Shown here in pieces: positions 47,201 through 58,605 of a DNA stretch of 64,000 nt. The notes below the pieces were generated by a model, which saw only the letters and a program-made list of their open reading frames with translations, did no database searches and was not told the origin of the DNA. Each line of letters starts with the position of its first letter. Positions within the stretch are counted from its first letter, which is position 1. The position numbers and the translations under genes are program-made. Source of the DNA: Perna viridis (taxonomy: Eukaryota); assembly GCA_037379345.1 (NCBI GenBank), contig CM074518.1:15686001-15750000 (forward strand). The letters run 5' to 3'.

Positions 47201-49833
47201 TAGCTGTTGACAAGACTTTGTCCTGTTTGAGAACTGAAGTTACTAATCCAGTTTTAAATCAATCAGAAACTGAGCTATTCATGAGTATTTTGTTGAATAT
47301 TTTAATAAATATGGAGTAATCACTTCCTTAAAGTTTTTTAAATGTTCAGCTGACAGTTCAAATTCATCATCAGATTTTTCCAGGATTCAATTCATCAATA
47401 GCAGTTTTCATTTCCTTTTCATTATAGGGGTCTAAAGAAGGAGAAAAGATTCAGCAATATTCTGTTGTTTTTCGATGCCAAAGATGATATCAAGTCATTC
47501 GGAGAAAACAAAACTTGTGTCAGTATCACATGTATCAATGTTTGAAGGTGTAATTACTGCAATAACTGATTCATTTCCAACAGGTACATGTAAGCATTTA
47601 ATTTTAGTAATGTAGTTTTTCGGCCATAGAATGGAGACACCCGCCATAGAATGGAGACACCCGCCATTAAATGGAGACACCCGCCATAGAATGGAGACAC
47701 CCGCAATAGAATGGAGACACTGCCATAGAATGGAGACACCCCGCCATAGAATGGAGACACCCGCCTGTCCTGTAGATAATTCGCCAGTCTAATAGATCAT
47801 TGCTGTCATGGCACCAAGTGAAGTCTGGTGGAAAATTATATAGCAGATGTAATTAGAAGTTCCATAAATATGTTCTTGAAGACATATTATACTTAACTTA
47901 TTGCCAAATTAATGTAGAAAAACTGTATTTGATTAACTCCTTCATTGTTACAAGTAATTACATTGACAGTCGATTCTCTGCTTGTACCATATCCTGCAGA
48001 ATTATCGAAATCTCCGGTATTAGGTTTGGAGTCATGTTTTTTTTTAGAAAAAGATTAAAACCGTGATCAGGTTCCTTATTGGTAAAATTGATATGTCGAG
48101 GCAAAGTTTGATGAATGTATCGAAAGTCTTACTTGTAAAACAATGAATTAAGCGGACACGATTTTGTTAATAATTACAATGAAATAATAAAATGAAGGTC
48201 TGAAACACAACACTTCCTCTTAAGACTGAATACCAACATGCCAAATATCAAAAGCCTGCATGTATATTGCAAGGCAACAAACGTGGCTGGTCTCGGACGG
48301 ATGGACGGACACACAAAAAAAAACATATCACAAACAAGAGACAACCCAGGAGTCTGCATCGTTTACCTGGTTAAACATTGCTTAAAAAATCCCCCACCAG
48401 TTCTATGCAGAATACCACATGGAATATTCAAGTTTGTTTTCAGTTTGTCATGTTGTGTCAGAGGAGAAAAGTTTTGAAAAAAATTGTTAACGGCGACGAT
48501 GACGCCGGACGGACGCCAGATGATGGCAATATATCACATGGCCTTCGGCCAGGTGAGCTATAATAGGGCGATCGTCATTTTTCAAGAAGTTCGTTACCTT
48601 GACTTCGGAATGTTAAGAGCTTTTGTGAAAAATTCCTGAAACTGTGCTGTGTATGATGGGTTGATTGTCTCATTAAACTTGTTTGCTGTATCTATATCAA
48701 CGAAAGCCATTGGATCGCGACTGCCATTATGAAACATCCTGTCCCCTGTTGTCACGGAAACGTAAATAATCTAAAACATTGTAAACATAGACAATTGAGT
48801 AAAGTTCAAGAAAAAACACTTTCATAAAATAATTGACAAACCAAGTGTTTGTAAACAAGAGGCTACCAGGAGCCTGAATCATTCACCTGGTTAAAGTTTG
48901 TCTTTCAAGGGCAATAAATATAACAAGGAGATGTCCAACAGTTTTGAATCAAGAATACTTTGGTAGAACTTATCATGAATATCATTTTAGCAGTTGAAAG
49001 TTTCTTTCTATCTACTATCTAACTTTAAAGTTATTGGCTGAAAACTGTAAAAAAAAATACACCATATCTCATCTTTCAAGGGCAATAACTCTTACAGGGA
49101 GTCGCCTGACAACTTTGACCCCTAATGACTTTTGAAGGCCTTATAATAAGGATAATTTCAGCAATTGAAAGAGTTTGGCTAAACCTAATGGTTTTAAAGA
49201 TACATTTGTATATGCTAAAAACTACTGTCTGACCTCTTTGTTCATCGAAAAAGGGCAATAACTCTAACATGGCTTAACAGAGTAAAACGAAAATTTGACC
49301 GTGATTTATTTCATCGTGCGTAACATTTTAATTCTGTTAAAATGTGGCTAAATCTAATAGGACACCCCATGAAACATTCATACCAAGTTTGGTATCAATT
49401 GGTCAAGTAGTGTCAGAAGAGAAGAGTTTTGAAAAATTAATGACGACGACGACGACGGACGCCAAGTGATGGCAATAGCTCACTCTGCCTTCGGCCAGGT
49501 GAGCTAAAAATCGCAAGTAATGGTAATTGATTCTAATATGTAAAAGTGAAAGCTTAGAAACATGTGCGTCATTCAAACCAGAAAATTTCATGTTAGGATA
49601 CCAACAATTACAAATCTTAATATATTACAAAGTTATGATAACCATGTATTACTCTGAGGAACCGTGATGAAAATAAGGACAGAATTCTCGAATATTGACT
49701 GAAGACCAAAAGATATATAACTCACTTCAGTGGGGTAACCAACCACCTCAGACACTTTGCTCGTCACTTGCTCCTCAAAATCATCTGGTACTTTGTCATC
49801 TTTGATGTTTGTATGGATGATAACTTTTGGCAT
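38119..49833 (-). CDS. MIF: MIF / D-dopachrome tautomerase family protein, 124 aa, 3 coding exons (gene span)
   Basis: MPKVIIHTNIKDDKVPDDFEEQVTSKVSEVVGYPTE/IIYVSVTTGDRMFHNGSRDPMAFVDIDTANKFNETINPSYTAQFQEFFTKALNIPKSR/LVLHFHDAKVSDYGVYRAGPEYKHPEYYHQ aligns without gaps to recalled human MIF; catalytic Pro2; MIF-type intron positions. MIF versus DDT subfamily is not resolved. Confidence 0.88.
38900..39917 (-). mobile_element. Older LINE RT remnant, downstream part
   Basis: KLLDKGV...IRDLYTG and IAIPTCADEVAVL (TCADD-type RT core); left boundary approximate. Confidence 0.75.
39918..40181 (+). mobile_element. Penelope-like 3' terminal segment (non-autonomous copy)
   Basis: Near-identical to the reverse complement of 41373-41636. 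Confidence 0.9.
41373..42310 (-). mobile_element. 5'-truncated Penelope-like element: RT C-terminal half plus 3' structured region
   Basis: ORF 41653-42324 with GIPIGTHCAPLLAD, FRYIDD, SASYLDL, LYDK.DDF and thumb; no C-terminal GIY-YIG, consistent with the Naiad-type group. Confidence 0.9.
43186..44576 (+). mobile_element. Solo LTR (1391 bp), probably Gypsy/Ty3
   Basis: TGT...ACA termini, 4-bp GTAG duplication on both sides; removing it restores the LINE reading LDNISY-EDIKYGG; AATAAA near the right end. Confidence 0.8.
46993..47490 (-). mobile_element. Older LINE RT remnant, upstream part of the same element
   Basis: KTAIDELNPGK..DEFELSAEH and LASLLISEA remnants; overlaps the downstream part through a 35-bp duplication. 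Confidence 0.7.
47623..47764. repeat. 20-bp tandem repeat (GCCATAGAATGGAGACACCC) x7
   Basis: Direct inspection. Confidence 0.95.
48331..48561 (+). mobile_element. Non-autonomous Helitron/Helentron-like repeat, copy 1
   Basis: AACAAGAG start, GACG-rich tract, end GGCCTTCGGCCAGGTGAGCTA shared with copy 2. Confidence 0.6.
48598..48770 (-). CDS. MIF: MIF-like coding exon 2 (173 bp)
   Basis: TTTAG/GTAAC; M..NGS.DP.A and N.SY...L.I...R pattern. Confidence 0.92.
48853..49510 (+). mobile_element. Non-autonomous Helitron/Helentron-like repeat, copy 2
   Basis: AACAAGAG start, internal AAGGGCAATAA repeats, (GAC)n tract, GCCTTCGGCCAGGTGAGCTAAAAA end. Confidence 0.6.
49726..49833 (-). CDS. MIF: MIF-like coding exon 1 (108 bp)
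   Basis: MP..HTN...VP..F pattern; GTGAG donor. Confidence 0.92.
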
Positions 49834-50692
49834 GTTTCCAACACAAACTGGTTTGATGTTTCTATAATACATAACATTATATATGGACAAACTTCGTGTA
49901 TAGCTCAGAGACGTAGCACCAGAATCTCGATTGGTATGGCAGAGGAAACCAACAAATATGTTTGAACTTGGTTGTTATAGTTACCAAGTATAATACTCTT
50001 TTTTTTCTTTTTATTTCGATCTTTTTTTGTTTTTTTTTGTTTTGTGTGTTTTTTACAAGAATTTTAGATACGGCATGCTGTACTACAATAAATTATCGAA
50101 ACTCTTCCATTAGAACCTTCCACACCAAGCTACGTCCCTGTAGTCAGTTATAGCTTTATTTAAGTTACTTCTACATGACTTGTGTGGTTTCAAAAGTTAA
50201 CAGTTTTGTATACAAATCAAAATGCTGAATGTTTGCATTTACAATGTTTACGAGTTAAAAGGGGCCATTTAAAAAAAAAAAAACAAAAAAAAAACGGGAC
50301 GCTTCCTGAAATTCGCTGTTGCATCGGGAATTGAAAACAAAAACAACACCCCTTACACACATTTATTGACATTTTGACTTTTACGTCAAATTTCCTATGA
50401 CATATTTATCCTATTACTAACCGTATACTTTTTAAACCATTTACTGCAAACTGTAGCTTTCCACTTCCAAAAATATACGTCACCTTAAAAGTCTAGTATA
50501 ACGTCCCGAACCTGTAAACTGACAGCGCCTATATTCAGTTCGACACCATTGAAAATCCCTTAAATATACCATTTGACATAAATCGGAACAACTTAAATAA
50601 AATCTTCTCTGTGTAAGTTGGTCAATTTATAATCTTGGCAATTATTACTACAGATTAATTACAAATGCCAGTGAAGTTTAATAAATACATAC

Positions 50693-50735
50693 CTGCAAAT
50701 TTCTGCTTTTCAAGGATGTGTAAACAAATGACTAT
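50693..50735 (-). other. Candidate 5' non-coding exon of the MIF-like gene
   Basis: CAG/GTATGT donor; a TATAG acceptor lies 28 nt upstream of the ATG (exon start 49861); 5' boundary is approximate. Confidence 0.35.
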
Positions 50736-51624
50736 CTTAGTGTACACGAATAGATTAATTCTATAAATAAACTACTTTAAATTGATTATGGTATAAATAT
50801 AGATTTTTCTATAGTCATGTTGTGTAGTTTTAAATTATTTCTCCACTCTTAGCTGAAAGGTTTAGATTTTCAAAATACTGTACTAAATATTTTAATTGAA
50901 AACATCAACATTAGAATCTTTTCGAAGTATACATGTATAAATAAAGATGCCTGAAAAGGACTTTGTTCGATTTTCCTTTTTAAAATATGGTCATTCTTAC
51001 AGGGCTTAGAGCGATGCTGACCTAACGTTTTGGGAGAGTATATCATAGGTATTTTATAGATTATAAAAGTTATTTCCAATATAATTTGATTTAATTTGAT
51101 ACAAGCCTTTTAGCCTATTAAGATATGTAATGGTCCCTGTGTAGTCATAAACGTTGATAGGTCCACGGTCCACAATTCAAATAGTTCTAAATTACAAAAT
51201 AAAATAAAGCTTTGATGAAGGAATAAATCTGAATTTTGACTGGGATTGATTAAAAAATCAAATTATAAGATGTGTTAATGGATGGAGCGTGAACTGCCAA
51301 AAGTGTTTATGTCGCATAACTTGGTCATAAACTACATACAAATATTAAATGTGCAGCATGAACTATAAAACAATTGTGTTGTCATTATAATACAATAGAA
51401 TGAACTGAGCATTGTGAAATTCAAAAGCCCCATGACACTTCTGTCTTTGTATTAAACTTGGTAGAAACTGTGGCTCGGATTTCGACCGTTTTTGTTTAGA
51501 GTATTCCTTGTACAATTTCGGAATAAGATCTTCTTACGTGTTTGGTTCTAAAGTCCATGATGAGAGGTTAATCAAGAACGTGTACAACGAATTGTATTTG
51601 TCTGCATGGCGTTTTTATGAAATT

Positions 51625-51751
51625 GTTTTAGTGGAGTCCGAGCTGCTCAGTTACATTTGTTACTTTGTTGTCTGTTTTCAGTGTCTGGCCCTTGTACCTG
51701 GATTACATTCTTTTGATTTCCGCTAGAACCTTGGTTCCCTTGATTACTCTT
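51625..51751 (+). mobile_element. Short Penelope-like 3' segment
   Basis: TAGTGGAGTCCGAG...CCTGGATTACATTCTTTTGAT...GATTACTCTT. Confidence 0.8.
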
Positions 51752-52856
51752 TAATCAATGTTTACTAATGGGGTGGATGTAGAAAATACAAGCATTAACA
51801 ATACTTGTACTGCTACATTTGTGCCACACTTAGTTGAAAACCTTAAATCCGTTCTATCCTCTTTCCATCTTTCTACAAAACCCAAACGATGATTGTGATC
51901 TTGAGTCCATGTATTGTATTCCTATTGTATTCCTGGACTCCATATAAACAACACTCCGTAGATCTAAAAACGTCTTTCAAATCTGGAAATATGAATACTT
52001 ACAACTGTCAGGGTCTCAAGTCTTACTACGACACTTGATACTTTCGTAATGGTATCAATTACATTTTTGTTATATTTTGGAGTCGAAAGTTCATAATCAA
52101 GAAATAATTCAGGGAAACCTCAATATATTATTTTCTATTACGCGCTGGCCATCTATGTCGCATTGCTTTACCCAGAGCGATAACAAGGGATTAGGTGCAG
52201 ACATAAATGGCAGCCTGTGGTTTAGCAATGAAATATTGGAGTTTCCGTTAATAATTTCGATTCAAATAGGACTAGTTTCTTCATATTTTTGAATAGACGC
52301 TGGCGTTTACGTTGCACGAAATGTTGGTCATGTGTTTATCACTTTTTTGGCATGGCTGTGGTCTTAAGAGTTTTGAAGCATGTCATATTAGAATCGGAAA
52401 ATAACAGCATTTATACCTTTAATTTGTCAATTATGTGTTTTTCTTAAATTTTATTCTCCATACTCCGTTGAAATTTCAATTTAAAAGCATTATACATTGT
52501 TCTTAGGCTAAGAAAGATGGAACACCTAGATATAAAAAACACAGTATTTGGCTGATATCCGTAATACTAAAACAGTTACAAATAAACTTGTAAAATGTAA
52601 CAGACGCTGTAAAAATGATTGAATTATTAATTTTCCTTTGAGTTGGACGTGTTTTTAAACAAAATATTGCAATGTGAATAAACAGTCTCCGGGGCAAGTT
52701 TGAAATTCCGGTGAGTGTATAAATGATCTTCGCTATTTTAAGTCGCAGGAAAAAAGTTTTTGCTAGAGATGATGCACTAACATTTTAGTGAAAAAATTAC
52801 ATAAGTTACATATTTACCATGCTTACCATCGACGCACAATAAGCATTTAAAACATA

Positions 52857-53285
52857 TTTCCTCTGTGAAATCTCATTTCCTTTAAGGAAATTCTGATTTT
52901 TTTCCTTAAGGAAAAACTATATGTCAAATTTCCTCATAGGAAATTTTATAATGAGCATTTTCTCTTAGAAAACACTTTTTCCTTAAGGAAATTTATTGAG
53001 TTGAAATTTCCTCTAAGGAAAAGTGTTTCCTTAAGGAAATATATCAAAATAAAATTTCTTTTGAGGAAATTCCATCACTTAAAATTTCCTTAAAGGAAAA
53101 ACTAGGGAAGAACTTTTTTCCTTAGGGAAACTTATCATGTCAAACTTTCCTAGAAGGAAATTTCATCTCATCAAGTTTCCTTTGAGGAAATTTTCTAACT
53201 TGAAATTTCCTTAAAGGAAAAAAAAGGTCTTCCGAAAATTCACCAAAACAAAATCTCTTTTGCAAAAATTCTATCTGAGGAAAAT
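52857..53285. repeat. Array of about 14 palindromic TTTCC-N4/5-GGAAA motifs with variable spacers
   Basis: Motif starts 52857, 52876, 52901, 52929, 52959, 52978, 53007, 53026, 53055, 53085, 53117, 53146, 53176, 53206. Confidence 0.85.
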
Positions 53286-55581
53286 AAAACTTTAGAGCAA
53301 CAAGCTTCAAGTAGAAGTTTTATTTTTAGAAAATTGTTTAATATTTGTACATTATGTATATCAACACTTTATATTTTTGTGAGCTGAGCATCAAACTTGA
53401 GATTATTTTTTTTGTAGTATATATACACTTAAACACAAAGTGTATTTTTTAATTTAAAATTATTAATTGTGCTTGTTACATCAAAACAAGGAGTCATTTT
53501 GATTATATTTTAAGTGATCGGTCTATAAATGGATAATAAATATAAACTATAAATTCTAATAAGCATTCAAAGAAATGTCTTGTTGGGTTTGATGGTTAGC
53601 AGATTACTGACTGAGCTTGATCATCTTAGCTGGTGTGTCCTCTGAGATTGTTTAGGACAGTGCTGTAACAGTGGATCAGTGGAGATCAACCACGAGACGG
53701 AACTACAATGTAGTTTAGCCTTGGAAACATTTTGTTTCAGGTAATTGGTTTGATCAATATCTGCTGCTGGTTTGTGCAAGATGTTATAACACAGTCACAC
53801 TGGAGGACTGCTGCAACCTTCTTCAACAGTTTCCTGTGAAGTAACAAAGTAGTGGTTTTAAATAAATCATTTAGAAGAGTGTCATTTTAAGACATGATCT
53901 AATTAAATATCCTTAATATGTGTAAGTCACTTGTGTAATCCAGCATAGACACAGTAGACAATAAACTACCTTTTGGCATTTTCACAATGTAATGGAAGCC
54001 TACAACTACCAAACCAACAATTTAAACTTCCATTTCTTTTGTTATCTTAAAGGGCTTACAGATGGACTACATAAAAACTCTCTGTTCCTCATTACATTGT
54101 ATCTCACCAAGTTTGATTAAACACAAAACACAACTTCATAATATTCAATGAAAGTAAATATATATTCAAAAACTGATAAACACTAATAAATATAACAATA
54201 ATTTGGAAATGTTCCACATTAATACCTGTTTTTCTTTAATTAAAATAATTCGATAAAAATCAAAGGTGTAAATGTGCAAATAGAAAAGCCAGCTAAATAA
54301 ATTCAGAACATATATGTGTATAGGGTGATTACCAGGTGTATGAAAAAAAGACAGCTACACCAAAGTTTTGAGTGTGCAAAGAACATAAACTTCTGGATAT
54401 AATCTAGTACATGGTCTTGTTTACAATTAGCCTACCATTACTCACAAAATAAGCAACTTTTATTAAAATGTTACCAATAAACAATATTTGTCTTAAAACA
54501 CATTTAAAATCTCTTACATACTATTTGGCAATAACCAAACATCTTCATGACTTGGTCATTCTGTTGTGTTAGCATATCATCTGAAATGATATATATGTAA
54601 GTAATATATCACATCTCATCATCAGAACGTATCATTAACACATCATATTTTTGGCAGTACAGTACCACAAAAATAAACAGAACTCCACATAAACCTTAGG
54701 GATGACATGTTTGTTTTGTGGATATCAGTTATGATAACATAATGAATAATTAATTCAATAATATCAGCTATGACATAATAAAAATGAATAATTAAATGTT
54801 TTAACCATTTTGCAAGGTGAAAATGGATATTTTGATCCAAAAAAAAATTCCGGGTTCTTATAACGGTGATTTTTCTTCATCACCTATATTTATGTTATCT
54901 AACACCTAATTGTTCATCTGAGTGGTACATATACCTACACTATGACAAGAGACAATTTTGTTTTACTAAATTGAAGTTGTTGGGCCTAGCGGATTAGGAA
55001 ATGTATTTTTCTGTTAATAAGTAGTGCGTGGCATTTCTAATGGTTCTTAAAACTTGCTGGTAGTAATACCTGTTAATTGTATCAAGTTATGAAAGATTTA
55101 GGCTACCACAAGGTGGTAAAATTTAAAAAAAAAAACAACTAAAAATTAGCTAAAAAAGTACTTCATTAAAGAAACAGAAAATTCATGGGTATTATTACCA
55201 AGGATGGTTATAAAGAAGGAAGGGGCTCAGCATTACATAGACTGATAAATTAGAGATATTCTTGACGTCATGGCATTATTTTTTGTAAATAACACTGTTC
55301 TATAAATCTTTTAATTTCATATTGATGAATTAATTAAAAAAAAAAGGATGTTCTTCGCATGCCAAGTAACAGTTTCCCTCACAACTTTGATATCCTTCTA
55401 TTAAAACTATGTTCCCACCTAAACCCATTCATTGAAACTGTCTATAAGTTGGTAAATTTGCTCAAAATATCTCTTTAGGTAACAAGCCACTTATTCAAGC
55501 ACTAAGCTTTTAGAATGTACACACACATGTCTCAAGCCAGATGATCGGCCTTATCAAAGGCGGCATCGACTACCGTTCCTA

Positions 55582-55738
55582 GCTTAGGGCACTTACTTCA
55601 AACCATAGTGGTCATCGAGTAAGTATTCTGCTTAGGGCACTTACTTCAAACCATAGTGGTCATCGAGTAAGTATTCTGCTTAGGGCACTTACTTCAAACC
55701 ATAGTGGTCATCGAGTAAGTATTCTGCTTAGGGCACTT
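55582..55738. repeat. Perfect 48-bp tandem repeat x3.3
   Basis: GCTTAGGGCACTTACTTCAAACCATAGTGGTCATCGAGTAAGTATTCT at 55582, 55630, 55678, partial at 55726. Confidence 0.95.
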
Positions 55739-58561
55739 GATTACTTTAGGCCAGATCAATGATGTATCCATGCAAGCATCGAATTTTGCTCCTGAGAGCA
55801 CTTGTCTCAGACCAGATCAATGGTAAATTACCCTTAAATATGTTATGGATGTTTTGTGGAAAATAAATTAGAAAAGGCACGAGAAAGTTTGAAGATTCCT
55901 TGATTTAGAAGTTATTTTCTTACAAATCAGAAAGTTATTTATTTTGCTAACAATAAGTATATTTCAAAGCTGTTAGTGCGTGTAATAATATAGGCTTCGA
56001 TTACTACCATTGATTATCTGGTTATTCTTATTAAGTATTAAAATATATATAAGCACTGTTACAACGACTCGTTGACTACGTAGTACCAATTGCCCTTTAC
56101 ATTGAAGAACTCAGTATCAGTCCATATACATTTTAGACACTACATATGGTTGGGGTGGTTCATGATGTAAAAAAAAACCATCGAACAAACGATGCTTTTT
56201 TGGTCTATATATGCTGTATTTTTTAAGTAAAAGTAGTTTTGTATTACATATATTTTTTTAGATAACCATATGATCATCTCTCACTAAAATTAACCATACT
56301 AAACCGAATCAAGAACGGTAACTCTTGCAAAGTGCCAATATATAATTTTAATTTAGAAAGATCAGTAAATGACAAAGACTGCATGATTAAGTGGTGTGTA
56401 ACTTTTTATGAATTAGAAATAATAAATGAATGGATGTTTTTTTTACATATAAAGACTGCTACTTAAACAGACTGAGAACAGGAGTGGTCTTGTTGATACT
56501 ATTGACATGCAACTAAAATATTATGCTCATGTACTTCCTTATGAGCACATGCACACAAGCACTGACTGTTAATTTTAATGAACAGTATATGTACAATATG
56601 ATATTCTTAATAATTGTATTTTGACAGATGAAATGCATAAAAATTTTCATATGTCAAAGTTCTTTGTGTAGGAGATCACATACAGAAAAGAACATGTAAA
56701 ATTAATGTTATGAACTATACACTCACATGTATAAGGAATCCATTTCGAACGGAACTTTTTGTGTATTTTGTAATCATCGGTAAGTGTCATCATGCATAAA
56801 ATATGCATGAAGTACTATCAGTAAAGGCTGACCTAAGCAGAGCGATAATTTAAACATTCACCTAATGTCCAGACCTTGTGTAACATTTATGGGAAATGGA
56901 TTCTTGCTACGGTATCATTTTTGTTGGAAAAAGCAAGTTTGTGTATTAATTTTTTTATGATTATGTACATCGATAAAGCTAGAACTGTAGATTTCTACGT
57001 AGATTCGGGTAACTTGAATCCGAAGGGAAAACCACCGGATCCTGATGATAAATTATCACAATGCCACTGGTCACAATGCCACTGGTCACAAGGTCGTTTT
57101 CGTTAAACAAAGTACTTATATGCAGAACAGGACAGTTTGTTCAGTTTTCGTAAGTAAATAGTGACATCTTTTCTAATTTATTGATGGTAGGATTTCTCGT
57201 GTATTATTCGGGAATATATTTACCTATAAGGGAGGCAACATGAGAATTTCTACGATAAAAAAATATATTAATTACCAATGCGGCCTATTTTGCATAGATG
57301 ACAACTCTTATGTTCTTAAGATAATCCCACCACCTCCCTGTTTTGACAGACATTTTCTAATTAGAGCAACGTAATTTACAAATAATCAACGGATCAGGTC
57401 TATTAAGTTTTTGCAGATATTTTTCCAGTCCTATAGGTCCCTTTTCAGATTTAGGTAATCTGCCGATATCACCGAACATCATGATATAAAATCATCAATT
57501 AATTTTTGTATAGTTAACTCTTTAAAATCATTGGCAAGTATCAAATTTGACTACTCGGGGTATCCAAATATACGATAAACCTATATTTTCAAAAATTCCG
57601 TTCCTGGACTCGACCCACATGAATAAGGGTAACAATAAAATTAACAAACACTAATCCGAACCATAATCATGTCAAGTCCAAAATAAATCTTGCAAAATAG
57701 ATATGACACCACTGGAGCAGCTGGTACCGCAATGGTCTTGACTTGGTACAGGCATTCACTTCCGGTAGTCCATGGGCTGAGATAACCCCAACTCATCGAC
57801 CAAAATATGATTTTCAGTTACAAATGTACCCTTATACCTTTCATTTACGAATCATTTTATCGCCAAAAAATGAACTGAAGTATTTTTGTGTTTTTTTTAC
57901 TACTACGTTTTATATCTCATTGAGGCAAAATTACATTTTTTTATTAGTAAAACTTGAAACAATTCGTGTATAAGTCAATTGGGACCTTTACAATGCAAGT
58001 CAAACATTGGTTCTTTTGTGTGTGTTATCTTTGTGTTTTAAAGCTTGTATAGGTATCTTCTCCGATAAAAAGAAATTCAGAAAAATAAAATTCTCTAAAG
58101 GTTTTTAATTCACTTTTTCAACTGGTAAAACTAAATAATTAAAAACAACTGATCCTTTGCTTCTACTTGTGTTCGCAAGTTCAAATTAACATCAACTATT
58201 TATAAATAAAACACAAACACAGTGTTTGGATATCAGGTTGCCTTACAGTACTGTAAAATTTAATTGATTTAAAAAATAAAGTATATTACATAACACTGTC
58301 TGTCTACGCTGCATACAAATAACAAAACAAACAATCTAAAAAAGAAAACAATATGTTAAACATACACCATAAAATAAAACTGACATAATTAAAAAGAAAC
58401 CAAAAACCTTACTACATGAAAAGCAGCCATCGAATACTTAATACTACTTCTAGTTGACCGTTACAACCATTTCAGCTAAAATACCATTTCAAACCCGTGC
58501 CTTAAACCACTATATTACAGGGCTCATTTACACTGTACATGTATATATACCATTAGATACC

Positions 58562-58601
<40 letters not shown>
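58562..58601. repeat. (AAT)n microsatellite
   Basis: Direct inspection. Confidence 0.95.

Positions 58602-58605
<4 letters not shown>

Noticed and set aside
47785-48000. Nearby candidates for MIF exon 3 (RIWYKQRIDCQCNYL; CYIIFHQTSLGAM)
   Set aside because: The first aligns poorly to the MIF C-terminus and the second lacks an AG acceptor; 38119-38212 fits phase, acceptor and sequence much better
51550-51585. Hammerhead ribozyme remnants (also about 29900-29925)
   Set aside because: CTGATGA and GAAA cores are not intact and no stems could be supported
52857-53285. CRISPR array
   Set aside because: Repeats are short and degenerate, spacers are only about 5-17 bp and related, there are no cas genes, and the context is eukaryotic
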